A stretch of DNA of 64,000 nucleotides from Chloroflexota bacterium (GTDB taxonomy: Bacteria > Chloroflexota > Dehalococcoidia > CAUJGQ01). The stretch covers positions 19,047 through 83,046 of the forward strand of contig DAINSK010000001.1 in the NCBI GenBank assembly GCA_036741355.1. Direction: 5' to 3'. Within the stretch, counting starts at the first letter, position 1, and every line of letters begins with the position of its first letter. The notes below the pieces were generated by a model that did no database searches, was not told the origin of the DNA, and saw only the letters and a program-made list of their open reading frames with translations. Shown here piece after piece: positions 10,298 to 19,704 of the stretch. Both the position numbers and the translations under genes were made by a program.

Positions 10298-11161
10298 TCA
10301 CGGAGCCGTCGGCGTTGGGACCGGTGTCGGATTCGCCGAAGGTACCGATGCCGGCGATTGGTCGACACTAATTTGGACGGTACCGGTCACCACGCCAGCT
10401 TCGAGCGGAGCCAGACGGCTGAATGCCGCCGCCGAAAGGTCGATGGCGCCCGCTCCCATCTGCCCGCGGTCCCGCACCACCACGTTTACGCAGCGAGCAT
10501 TGGCACATATCTTTAGCGCTGTGCCGCACGGGTAGCTGGTCGAGGCCGCCGTGGTCGCGTCGTCGGCGTTGAATCGACCGCCGCACGCCAGCACGCCGCC
10601 GTCGAATTCGTGGCCGTACCAGCGAATCAAGATCGGTCCGGCGCCCGCCGAACCGACGGGCCCGCCGAATTGCAGAAAAGCCCCGTCTACCCAGCCGCTG
10701 CCTTCCTGCGATTGCACCTGGTACCAGCCATCGTCTGTCGGATCGTTTTGCAGGTGAACCAGCCTACCAGCGGGGAGCGTAGCAATGATTGGAGCCGTCG
10801 TGGATGGCGACGCCCGGAGGCGGACGCCGTCCGCTGCCGACACGGTTGCATCGCCGTGGGCAGCCGGTACAGCCGAAAAGTCGAGGTAGACGCCTTTCAC
10901 GTAGCCAAGCAGCCCACCAGCGTTGACCTCGTACCAACCGTCGTCTAGCGGCGCGCTCAAAACGTCGACGGAGGTGCCGTAAGCCAGGACCGCGATCACG
11001 GCGCCGGATGCGGACGGCGCGTCACGCAGGTTGAGCCCGTCGGGCGAGTTGACGCGGGCACGCGTTGCAGCGGCGCCAGATCCGGCTGACACGAGCAGGA
11101 AGGTAATTGCAAGAACGAGACCGAGGCCGCACCCGCCTGGGTTAACCCACCGAAGCGTCAA
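10298..11161 (-). CDS. Secreted cell-wall-associated protein with tandem bacterial SH3 domains and a C-terminal RlpA-like/3D-type domain.
   Basis: A signal peptide, then two SH3b-like repeats (GLNLRDAPSASGAVIAVLAYGTSVDVL..DDGWYEV and GVRLRASPSTTAPIIATLPAGRLVHLQ..DDGWYQV), then a C-terminal GHEFDGGVLACGGRFNADDATTAASTSYPCGTALKICANARCVNVVVRDRG. The domain naming for the C-terminal part is uncertain. Confidence 0.6.
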   Translation of the reverse strand: MTLRWVNPGGCGLGLVLAITFLLVSAGSGAAATRARVNSPDGLNLRDAPSASGAVIAVLAYGTSVDVLSAPLDDGWYEVNAGGLLGYVKGVYLDFSAVPAAHGDATVSAADGVRLRASPSTTAPIIATLPAGRLVHLQNDPTDDGWYQVQSQEGSGWVDGAFLQFGGPVGSAGAGPILIRWYGHEFDGGVLACGGRFNADDATTAASTSYPCGTALKICANARCVNVVVRDRGQMGAGAIDLSAAAFSRLAPLEAGVVTGTVQISVDQSPASVPSANPTPVPTPTAP

Positions 11162-11164
11162 ATG

Positions 11165-12217
11165 TTAATACTCCATAATGCTGCGACCGAATATCTCGCC
11201 ACGTTCCAACGCGTGGACCGCTTCGTTGATCTGGTCCAGGCGGTAACGTCGCGTAACCAGCTTGTCCAGCGGCAGCCTTCCCTGCTTGAACCACTCCACA
11301 TACAGCGCAAAGTCGCGCTCGGGTACGCCCGAGCCGCCGAGCGAGCCTCTAAATATACGCTCGCCGACCAGTAATTGCCGGGCATCGATCGTGGCCGGTC
11401 CCTGGGGCACGCCAACGAGCACGGCGGTGCCGCCCGGCCCGACGCCCCAGTCGTTTCCGCGCGTCGCCAATAAGATCTGGCTCATCGTTTGGGCTACACC
11501 GATGGCATCGAAAGCATAGTCGACGCCGCCGTCGCTGAGCTCCCGCACCGCCTATACAGCATCCGACGTCGAAGCGTTGACACAATGAGTAGCGCCGAAG
11601 TCGCGCGCGAAGTCCAGCTTTGCCGGGTCGAGATCCACCGCGATAATCATGCCCGCGCCGACGTTTGCCGCAGCCTGAATCGCGCAAAGCCCGACGCCGC
11701 CGGCGCCAAATACCGCGACGCTTTCGACCGGCTGCACGTTTGCTGTGTTCATCACTGCACCGCATCCCGTAATAACGGCGCAGCCGATGATCGCGGTTAC
11801 GTCGGTCGGAACGTCCGCGGGAAGCTGCACGACGAACGCTTCGTCACAGATTGTATGCTCCGCCCAGGTAAACACATTGCGGGAACCGGTACGCTGGCCG
11901 CGCCAATCGACCGTCGCCGCTTGAGGCGGCGGGGCACCTTTGCGTGGGAGGCGCGGAATCCAGGTGACCATCACCCGGTCGCCTTCCTTCACATGCGTCA
12001 CCCCGCGGCCCTTCGATTCGACCACTCCCGTCGCCTCGTGACCGAGCAGGGTGGGTACAGGCCATTTTGGATCGTGGATGTTATGAAGCTGAGAGTGACA
12101 GATGCCGCTGGCAAAAAGTTTGACCAACACCTGGTTTGGACCGGGATCCGGACAAATTATCTCGTCGACGATCAGGGGCTTGCCGTGTTCGGCAAGTATT
12201 GCGGCATGGGTGCGCAT
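11165..12217 (-). pseudogene. Zn-dependent alcohol dehydrogenase (MDR family) interrupted by a single in-frame TAG.
   Basis: Upstream part: GHEATGVV with ICHSQLH (catalytic Zn ligands) and GAGGVGLCAIQAA (NAD(P) binding). Downstream part: ELSDGGVDYAFDAIGV...IFGRSIM. The two parts share one frame and are separated only by TAG at 11552-11554 (minus). Combined length is about 349 aa, typical of class-III ADH-like enzymes. Confidence 0.7.
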
Positions 12218-12390
12218 GGCAATCCTTCGCTTCCGGGCCGTGATGGAACACAGACGGCTGTCGGCTTTGCCTTGCTGAAGGGCGGCACCACGTCACGTGC
12301 AAGGAAGGGTGCAACGTGCAGCAGGCGGGCGCGAGCATAGCATGCCGCGAACTGCCTGTCAGCTCTCTGAGAGCCCGTGCTTTCAGAACG

Positions 12391-13146
12391 TTAGCGAAAC
12401 GTGGACGCGACCGGCCGCCATCGCGTCGCGGCCATCAGGGGTGCCTGTGCTGCGCCAGACAGCGTTGAAGCAGCTACTGGGGGACGCGGCACTGGTCGCG
12501 CGATTGCCGCGGCAGCAGTACGGCTCCGCACCCTGAGCTTCGCGAGAACGGCCTTCACGTGGTTCTTGACTGTGTGCTCGGAGAGCACCAGCCGCTGGGC
12601 GATCTCGCGGTTCGAGACGCCTTCTGCGATGAGGTCAAGGACCTCGCGCTCCCGCGCGCTCAACTCGTGCAGGCGGGGATCCTCCGCCGCAGGCGCGGTC
12701 AGCGCCGCGTGACGGCGCAGTGCGATCACGACCTTCATCGTCAGCGTCCGCGATAAGGCGGCCTCGCCAGCACGGAGTCCCCGCAACGCACGCACGAGAC
12801 CCAACGGCGCAACATCCTTGGTCAGATAGCCGGAAGCGCCTGCGCTCAACGCCGCCAGCAGCTGGTCCTCATCAGCCTGTACGCCAAACATGATCACGTG
12901 CGGCTCATCGCTGCGGCTTCGTACCGCGCGCACGACGTCGAGGGGTTCACATGAGCAGTTATCGGCGTCTATCAGCACGACCTCGGGGTCAAAACGGTCA
13001 ACAACATAGCCGGCGTCAGAAAGCCTGTCCGTCTCGGCGACAACGTGCATATCGGGTTGGGTGTCGATTGCGGCTCTCAGGCCCGCGCGGAGCAGCGGGT
13101 GGCTTGTAAATAACACGATCCGTATTGGCACATTGACCGCGTTCAT
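12391..13146 (-). CDS. LuxR/NarL-family response regulator with an atypical receiver domain.
   Basis: A C-terminal LuxR HTH (LSAREREVLDLIAEGVSNREIAQRLVLSEHTVKNHV). The N-terminal receiver-like domain has TS in place of the conserved acidic DD pair (IRIVLFTSHP), while the phospho-acceptor Asp (VVLIDADN) and the Lys (GYLTK) are retained. Confidence 0.75.
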   Translation of the reverse strand: MNAVNVPIRIVLFTSHPLLRAGLRAAIDTQPDMHVVAETDRLSDAGYVVDRFDPEVVLIDADNCSCEPLDVVRAVRSRSDEPHVIMFGVQADEDQLLAALSAGASGYLTKDVAPLGLVRALRGLRAGEAALSRTLTMKVVIALRRHAALTAPAAEDPRLHELSAREREVLDLIAEGVSNREIAQRLVLSEHTVKNHVKAVLAKLRVRSRTAAAAIARPVPRPPVAASTLSGAAQAPLMAATRWRPVASTFR

Positions 13147-13717
13147 GGCAGAGCTCCACAAAGAAATCAACGCCGTATCCGCGTATTAGAGGATAGTATC
13201 ACAACTCCGGTATGACACCACATTTTATCCCGAAATTATGAATAATTCGTTGCGTCCAGCAAAGCGGTCGCCGGCTGTGCATAGCGGCTGGTATAGGACC
13301 GATAATGGTGCTCCGCGTCCAACATCAAACGTCTCCCGGATCAGCCAATCGCTCGGCACAGCTGGCAAACATTGACGAGAGCGTAAGAGTCAGGGAATTG
13401 ACGCCGGCCTTTTCCGCGGGTATACTTGTGATAGTTCCCACAAGCACAATGCAGCCGGACATGTCGTCCTGCGCGGAGGTTTTTTATTTGGAATCCATTC
13501 TGTATGCACAGCAAGTCGTCCAAGAGCTTGACGTGCGCTTCAAATCGCCGCAGTTTTCACAGCGCACCGCATACTTCGGCGAGGTGCGCAAGCGATTGCT
13601 ACGCCGGCGAACCGATGCCCGTCGCGCCGATGTTTCGGTCGGCAATCTGATGCAAACGACCTGGTAACACGCCGGCGTGCATCGCCGCACATCGAGCGGT
13701 AGCTCAATCCTCTCGCC

Positions 13718-13758
13718 GTTGGGACCGAACTGTTGAAGTTCGGCCCCAACTCTTTTGG
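13718..13758 (+). other. Near-perfect 14-bp inverted repeat followed by a T-rich tract (hairpin, terminator- or operator-like) upstream of hsp20-lon.
   Basis: GTTGGGACCGAACT-gttga-AGTTCGGCCCCAAC with one mismatch, followed by TCTTTTGG. Confidence 0.45.
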
Positions 13759-13872
13759 TCCTACATCAACCAGATCAGGCACGACCGGCACGTGGACCTG
13801 CAATCGGGTCATGCGCCACAAAAGTGGTACATTGGGGTCCGTAGCACCTCGCAAGCGCAGGAGCAGCCTCGC

Positions 13873-14328
13873 ATGAGCGAACGCGCCCGGTTCGCGTCCG
13901 ATTTCGACCACGTCACCGAACATCTCGAACAGATGTGGGGCCGCCTACTTTCCGGTACGCCAGTCGGTCCAGGTAATCCCCGCTACGCGCGACCCATGAT
14001 CGAGCCACCGACCGACGTGTTTCAAACCCAGGACGACATCGTCGTTCTGATCGAAATCGCCGGCATGCGTGGCCAGGAGGTCGAGATCCAGCTCGAAGGT
14101 CGGCTCATGACCGTGCGCGGCGAAAAGTGCGACCGGCGGGCGCATCATTCGGGTCACGTGTACAACGTGATGGAAATCCAATATGGGCCTTTCGAGCGCT
14201 CGATTCTGCTGCCCGCGGACGTCGATCAGGAACAGGTCGCCGTGGAGTACGACGACGGGCTGCTAAAGATTACGCTCCCACGCCGCGCCCGACAGGCGCA
14301 CACTCGGGTTCGGATCACCGTTCGCTGA
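13873..14328 (+). CDS. Small heat-shock protein, Hsp20/alpha-crystallin family.
   Basis: An alpha-crystallin domain (PPTDVFQTQDDIVVLIEIAGMRGQEVEIQLEGRLMTVRGEK...GPFERSILLPADVDQEQVAVEYDDGLLKITLPR); the ATG is at 13873. Confidence 0.85.
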   Translation: MSERARFASDFDHVTEHLEQMWGRLLSGTPVGPGNPRYARPMIEPPTDVFQTQDDIVVLIEIAGMRGQEVEIQLEGRLMTVRGEKCDRRAHHSGHVYNVMEIQYGPFERSILLPADVDQEQVAVEYDDGLLKITLPRRARQAHTRVRITVR

Positions 14329-14382
14329 CGCGGTCTACTCCGCCCGTTCTTCAAATTCCAACCCTCCCGCGAGGCTATAAGC

Positions 14383-16917
14383 ATGACGGATGATCCTCGA
14401 AATCCCGACAAGGACGGGGATACTGCCGCCGAAACAATTTCGCCCTCCCAGGCTGAATCGACCGGTGCGGTAACCGGCGAACCGACGGACGACGATCCCG
14501 CGGGCTCTTCAGCCGAGAACGCACAAGCCGTCACGGAAAGCGCGCCCGGCGACGACCAAGCACCCCCACAGATCTATATCCCGGACGTATTGCCCGTTCT
14601 TCGAACCGGCGCCAGTGTGCTGTATCCGGCGATCGTTGTACCGCTCGTGACATCCGAAGAGCCCGACGTCCGCGCGATCGACGACGCCGTGACGAACACC
14701 GCCCGAATCATCGCCGTGGTCGCCCTGAAGCATGGCCAGAGCGGCGCTTATGATGGCGACCTGCAGCCGGTCGGGACCGCTGCGCAGATCCTCCGTATGG
14801 CCAAAACGCCGAACGGAACGCTTCAGGCGCTTATTCAGGGCGTCAGGCGCGTTCGCATCGTCGGAATTGAGCAAGACGAGCCGTGGATTCGCGCCCGGGT
14901 CGAAAGCATCGAGGAGGTAGCTGAACCGAGCACGGAGCTCGAAGCGCTGACTCGCAACGCGGCCGGCCTTTTCCAGAACATCGTCACCCTGAGCGAGATG
15001 ATCCCGGGCGAGCTCGCCGCGGCAGTCTCACAGATCAATCAGCCCGGCAACCTGGCCGACTTCATCGCGGCGAACGCCAACCTCAAGCCGGAGGACCGGC
15101 AGGCGGTTCTCGAAGCGGCCAACGTTACCGATCGACTGCGCGTCCTCGGCGCCGCCCTCGCCGCCGAGCTCGCCGTACTGGAAGTCAGCAGCCAGATCCG
15201 AACCCAGGTGCGCGGCGACCTGGATAAGCGGCAACGGGAATTCATCCTGCGGGAACAGATGCGCGCGATCCAGAAAGAGCTTGGCGACGAAGATCAACCA
15301 GAGATCGGCGAGCTGCGCCACAAGATCGAAGAAGCGCACCTGCCCGAAGAGGCGCGGAAGCAGGCGGATCGCGAGTTGGAGCGGCTGGCGCAAATGACGC
15401 AGGCGGCGGCCGAATACCAGGTTGCCCGCACCTACCTCGAATGGCTCGCCGATCTTCCATGGGATAGGCGCTCAATCGACAACCTCGACATTCGGCGGGC
15501 AGAGGAGATCCTGGACGAGGACCACTACGGACTGAAGAAGGTGAAACAGCGCATCCTCGATTACCTGGCGGTGCGCACCCTGCGCGAAGACACCCGCGGC
15601 CCCATTCTGTGCTTCGTGGGCCCGCCCGGCGTTGGCAAGACAAGCCTAGGACAATCGATCGCTCGCGCCACCGGCCGAAAGTTTGTCCGGCTGTCGCTGG
15701 GCGGAATTCGCGACGAGGCAGACATCCGCGGCCACCGGCGCACATACGTCGGCGCCATGCCCGGCCGCATCATCCAGGAAATCCGGCGTGCCGAGGTCAA
15801 CAATCCACTCATGATCCTGGACGAGGTGGATAAACTGGGCAGTGACTACCGCGGCGATCCATCGTCGGCCCTGCTCGAAGCGCTCGATCCCGCCCAGAAC
15901 AACACGTTCGTCGATCATTACCTCGATGTGCCGTTCGACCTGTCGCACGTTATGTTCATTACCACCGCAAACGTACTGGACACGATCCCCGATCCGCTGC
16001 GCGATCGGATGGAGATCATCGAACTCGACGGTTACACCGAGAAAGAGAAGCTAGAGATAGGGCGGCGCTACCTGTTGCCCAGGCAGACGCGGGAGAACGG
16101 GCTCCAGCCGGACCAGATCACGGTTCCCGAGGAGACGCTGGTAGAAATTATCAGCGGCTATACCCGCGAGGCTGGTGTGCGGAACCTTGAACGTCTGATC
16201 GGCGCCATTTGCCGGCACGTCGCCCGGCAGGTCGCGGCCGGCGACCTCGAGCCAAAGACGATCACACCCGGCCTCCTACCGGAGATCTTTGGGCGTACCC
16301 GCTACTTCGAAGAGCTGGCCAACGAGCAGGATGAGATTGGCGTAGTAACCGGCATGGCGGCCACGGGCGCCGGCGGGGATATCCTCTTCATCGAAGCCTC
16401 CGCGGTTCCTGGCAAAGGCAATCTGACGCTGACCGGCAAACTGGGCGACGTCATGCAGGAGTCGGCCCGAGCGGCGCTGACGTACGCGCGCTCGCGTGCG
16501 GCGGCGTTGAACATCGCCGGCGATTTCTTCGAGACGCATGACATTCACGTCCACGTTCCGGCGGGCGCGACTCCCAAAGATGGCCCGTCGGCGGGCGTGA
16601 CGATAGCCACGGCCATCATCTCGGCGATTACGCGGCGCCCGGTACGCAAGGAAGTAGCGATGACGGGGGAGATCACCCTCCGCGGTCGGGTTCTACCCGT
16701 AGGCGCCATCAAACAGAAGGTGCTGGCGGCGCACCGAGCCGGCTGTCGAAAGATCTGCTTACCCAAAGAGAACGAGCCGGACTACGCGGACGTGCCAGCG
16801 GACGTGCGCAACGACCTCTCGGTCGTATTTGCGTCCCACGTCGACGACGTCCTCAACACCGCGCTGCACGACCGTCCACGGGCCGAAAAGGTGCGCATCA
16901 AGCCGACCGCGGCGTGA
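14383..16917 (+). CDS. lon: ATP-dependent Lon protease.
   Basis: 844 aa with a LON N-domain, AAA+ Walker [10 protein letters not shown], Walker B ILDEVDK, and the S16 protease Ser-Lys dyad region [17 protein letters not shown]...GAIKQK. Confidence 0.9.
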   Translation: MTDDPRNPDKDGDTAAETISPSQAESTGAVTGEPTDDDPAGSSAENAQAVTESAPGDDQAPPQIYIPDVLPVLRTGASVLYPAIVVPLVTSEEPDVRAIDDAVTNTARIIAVVALKHGQSGAYDGDLQPVGTAAQILRMAKTPNGTLQALIQGVRRVRIVGIEQDEPWIRARVESIEEVAEPSTELEALTRNAAGLFQNIVTLSEMIPGELAAAVSQINQPGNLADFIAANANLKPEDRQAVLEAANVTDRLRVLGAALAAELAVLEVSSQIRTQVRGDLDKRQREFILREQMRAIQKELGDEDQPEIGELRHKIEEAHLPEEARKQADRELERLAQMTQAAAEYQVARTYLEWLADLPWDRRSIDNLDIRRAEEILDEDHYGLKKVKQRILDYLAVRTLREDTRGPILCFVGPPGVGKTSLGQSIARATGRKFVRLSLGGIRDEADIRGHRRTYVGAMPGRIIQEIRRAEVNNPLMILDEVDKLGSDYRGDPSSALLEALDPAQNNTFVDHYLDVPFDLSHVMFITTANVLDTIPDPLRDRMEIIELDGYTEKEKLEIGRRYLLPRQTRENGLQPDQITVPEETLVEIISGYTREAGVRNLERLIGAICRHVARQVAAGDLEPKTITPGLLPEIFGRTRYFEELANEQDEIGVVTGMAATGAGGDILFIEASAVPGKGNLTLTGKLGDVMQESARAALTYARSRAAALNIAGDFFETHDIHVHVPAGATPKDGPSAGVTIATAIISAITRRPVRKEVAMTGEITLRGRVLPVGAIKQKVLAAHRAGCRKICLPKENEPDYADVPADVRNDLSVVFASHVDDVLNTALHDRPRAEKVRIKPTAA

Positions 16918-16995
16918 TGCCCGCGCCATATGGTACTCTGCGCTGGCACGGCGGTAGGTGTGATACCGCACGTAATCGGTTGAGTAGGGAGCGGC

Positions 16996-18174
16996 ATGGA
17001 TTTTAAGGACACCCCGGTTGAGGCGATTTGGCGGCGGGAGGTACGCGACTTCCTGCACAAGGAGATGCCCGCCGGGCTCGGAGACGCGGACGGTGAAGGC
17101 GGCCTGTTTGGCCGCGGCCCGGCTATGCAGGAATGGCGCAAGCGCGTGGCAGCCAAGGGCTGGATAGCGCCCCATTGGCCGAAGGAATACGGCGGCGCGA
17201 ACATGAGCGCTAAAGACCAGTTCATCATGAACGAAGAGTTCGCCGAGGCCGAGGCGCCCAACGTAGGCGGCTTCGGCGTGATGATGATCGGCCCCACCCT
17301 GATCAGCCACGGGAGCGAGGAACAGAAGCGTCGGTTCTTACCCAGCATCCTCAAAGGTGAGACGATTTGGTGCCAGGGCTATTCCGAGCCGGGGTCTGGA
17401 TCGGACCTCGCCTCGCTTCAGACCCGCGCCGTACGCGACGGCGATGACTACATGATCAACGGCCAGAAGATCTGGACCACCGGCGCCCAGCACGCCGACT
17501 GGATGTACATGCTCGCGCGCACCGACCCCGATGCTCCCAAGCACCGTGGCATCTCCATGTTTTTGTTTGACATGAAGAGTCCCGGGGTGAGCGTACGGCC
17601 ACTCACGACGATGGCGGGCGCCCAGAGCTTCAACGAGGTCTTCTTCGACAACGTTCGTGTGCCGGCGCCGCAGCGCGTTGGCGAGGAGAACCGTGGCTGG
17701 TACGTCGGCGCAACATTGCTCGACTTCGAGCGGTCCGGCATCGGCAACGCCGTGGGTGTGCGCAAGCAACTCGAGCGTATGCTTGCCTATGTTCCCAATG
17801 AAAGTGAAAAGCTGGCCTTCAAGACGCGGTCAACATTGCGACTGGAGTTCGCGGACCGCTGGATCGAAGCCAGCATGGCGAAGTGGCTCTCATATCGAGT
17901 GATTTCAATGCAGGCGGCGGGCCTGATTCCGAATCACGAGGCGAGCGTTACCAAGCTGTATATGTCGGAGCTGCAGCAGCGTATCGCCGCGCTGGGCATG
18001 CACATGGCCGGAATGCGGGGAATGCTCTACGACCCGAAGAGCCCCCACCGAGTCATGGGCGGGCGTGTCGCCGTGAGTTACGTAGGCAGCGCGTCGTCGA
18101 CGATCGCCGGCGGCACGAGCGAAATCCAACGCAACATCGTCGCCACCCGCGGTCTCGGCCTGCCGCGAGGTTAG
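16996..18174 (+). CDS. Acyl-CoA dehydrogenase family protein.
   Basis: An ACAD fold (KGWIAPHWPKEYGG, GYSEPGSGSDLASLQTRA, and C-terminal GGTSEIQRNIVA). Paralogue of 36816-37973. Confidence 0.8.
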   Translation: MDFKDTPVEAIWRREVRDFLHKEMPAGLGDADGEGGLFGRGPAMQEWRKRVAAKGWIAPHWPKEYGGANMSAKDQFIMNEEFAEAEAPNVGGFGVMMIGPTLISHGSEEQKRRFLPSILKGETIWCQGYSEPGSGSDLASLQTRAVRDGDDYMINGQKIWTTGAQHADWMYMLARTDPDAPKHRGISMFLFDMKSPGVSVRPLTTMAGAQSFNEVFFDNVRVPAPQRVGEENRGWYVGATLLDFERSGIGNAVGVRKQLERMLAYVPNESEKLAFKTRSTLRLEFADRWIEASMAKWLSYRVISMQAAGLIPNHEASVTKLYMSELQQRIAALGMHMAGMRGMLYDPKSPHRVMGGRVAVSYVGSASSTIAGGTSEIQRNIVATRGLGLPRG

Positions 18175-18224
18175 GCCGTCCCTACGAAGTCGCTCATCGA
18201 TGAACCGAATGGTCGTGGGCGGGC

Positions 18225-18788
18225 ATGAGTCGCCGCGCGAGAGCCGCAGCCGCAGTATCCATGATGCTGCTCGTCGTTGTGGTGCTCGTCGTTCGGAGCC
18301 GTGCGGCGTTCGACAACAACACTGCGACAAGTCTGCCTACCTCCCAATCCGCCGGCGCCCCACTCGAGCTGCGGACAAAGACGGCCGGCTGCGCGATAGC
18401 CGGTGCCCTGCCCGACCACGCCTGTACGCCCGGTGAAGTATTCGAGGGTGTCCTAGCGGTAAAGATCTGCGCGTCCCGATATGCCTGGTCGGTCCGCGAC
18501 GTCCCCGTTGCAGAGAAGGATCAGCTGTACGCCGAGTACGACATAGCCTCGCGTCAGCCGGGTCAATACGAGGTGGATCACCTGATCAGCCTGGAGCTGG
18601 GCGGTTCGAACGGTATTGCCAATCTTTGGCCGGAAGCCACCGAACCGCGGCCGGGATTTCACGAAAAAGACCGCTTCGAAAACTATTTGCACGACCAGGT
18701 GTGCCGCGGAGCAGTCTCGCTCTCGGAAGCGCAACGGCGTATCGCCGACGACTGGTTGAAGTACTGGATCGAGGCCGGTCAGCCGTGA
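18225..18788 (+). CDS. Secreted HNH-family nuclease-like protein.
   Basis: An N-terminal TM/signal sequence, then an HNH-like core YEVDHLISLELGGSNGIANLWP (His-Asn-Asn arrangement). Confidence 0.5.
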   Translation: MSRRARAAAAVSMMLLVVVVLVVRSRAAFDNNTATSLPTSQSAGAPLELRTKTAGCAIAGALPDHACTPGEVFEGVLAVKICASRYAWSVRDVPVAEKDQLYAEYDIASRQPGQYEVDHLISLELGGSNGIANLWPEATEPRPGFHEKDRFENYLHDQVCRGAVSLSEAQRRIADDWLKYWIEAGQP

Positions 18789-18792
18789 CGGT

Positions 18793-19569
18793 TCAGTCGC
18801 CGAGATATTTCCTCGGGTGGCGTCCGTCCACGTTGCCAAGCAGCGTCCCGTAGATGTTGTAGCCGAGCAGCTCTTGGAGCCGCTCGGGCAACTCGCGCAC
18901 GATCGCTTTCGGGACGCCGAGGATGTGGTTTTCCTGCGGCCGCACCCAACCGACGGCGTACTCAAGTATGACGCCCAGGCGGGGCCGATCTGAGTTGTTC
19001 GCCCCGCCGCCGTGGAAGACGTCGCCCAGGAAGAACATCACCGAGCCGGCGGGCATAACGGCGCGCACGGTGAGTGTGTCCGGCCCGGGCCGTTCGTCTA
19101 CCCACTTATGGCTGCCCGGGACAACATGCGTAGCGCCGTTCAACTCCGTAAAGTCGTCGAGCGCCCACATTGTGTTGACGACCAGTTCCTTGTGCGGTCG
19201 GGCGATCGGATATACGCCGTCGTCACGGTGCAGGGTTTGGGCGGTCTCGCCGGGAAGAATTTCGATGCCGACCGGTGCGCTGAGCTGACAACCCCCGAGC
19301 ACCTGGTCTAGGACACCAAGCACGAGTGGGTGTGTAGCCGGGCCGTCGAAGGCGCGGGTCTTGGCAAACAACGCGTAGATACGACGGGTCGTGTAGCCCT
19401 CGAAGTTGTTTCGGCCCGTCGGAGTCCGCTCGAGCACCTCGGAAAGCTCGGTCCGTTTGGAACGAACCTCATCGGGGCTCAAGATCCTGTCGACGATCGC
19501 ATATCCATCTCGGTCCAGTGCAGCGACGACCTCGCCCACTGACGTACTGGGAGTCAATACCGTGGTCAT
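18793..19569 (-). CDS. Phytanoyl-CoA dioxygenase (PhyH) family Fe(II)/2-oxoglutarate oxygenase.
   Basis: A PhyH-like pattern with the HxD...H facial triad (TLHRDDG ... HVVPGSH). The ATG at 19567-19569 is preceded by an AAGGAGG RBS. Confidence 0.7.
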   Translation of the reverse strand: MTTVLTPSTSVGEVVAALDRDGYAIVDRILSPDEVRSKRTELSEVLERTPTGRNNFEGYTTRRIYALFAKTRAFDGPATHPLVLGVLDQVLGGCQLSAPVGIEILPGETAQTLHRDDGVYPIARPHKELVVNTMWALDDFTELNGATHVVPGSHKWVDERPGPDTLTVRAVMPAGSVMFFLGDVFHGGGANNSDRPRLGVILEYAVGWVRPQENHILGVPKAIVRELPERLQELLGYNIYGTLLGNVDGRHPRKYLGD

Positions 19570-19704
19570 TCCCTGCCTCCTTGCATGTCCCGCCATTTGC
19601 ACCATTTTGCGCTCGTTGCAACCATCCTCGCGCCCATGATTATGCAACATCTCCTATACTGCACGGCACACAGTCCGCATTGACACTGCCGAGGAGGCCG
19701 GTCC

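Noticed and set aside
13171-13872. Low-GC island as a horizontally acquired mobile element or prophage remnant
   Set aside because: There is no integrase, transposase, direct-repeat target-site duplication or tRNA border. At 700 bp, a promoter or regulatory AT-rich region explains it better.
16759-17354. Two minus-strand ORFs (183 and 190 aa)
   Set aside because: They are antisense to the 3' end of lon and the 5' end of the acyl-CoA dehydrogenase gene. Both sense genes have strong family signatures.
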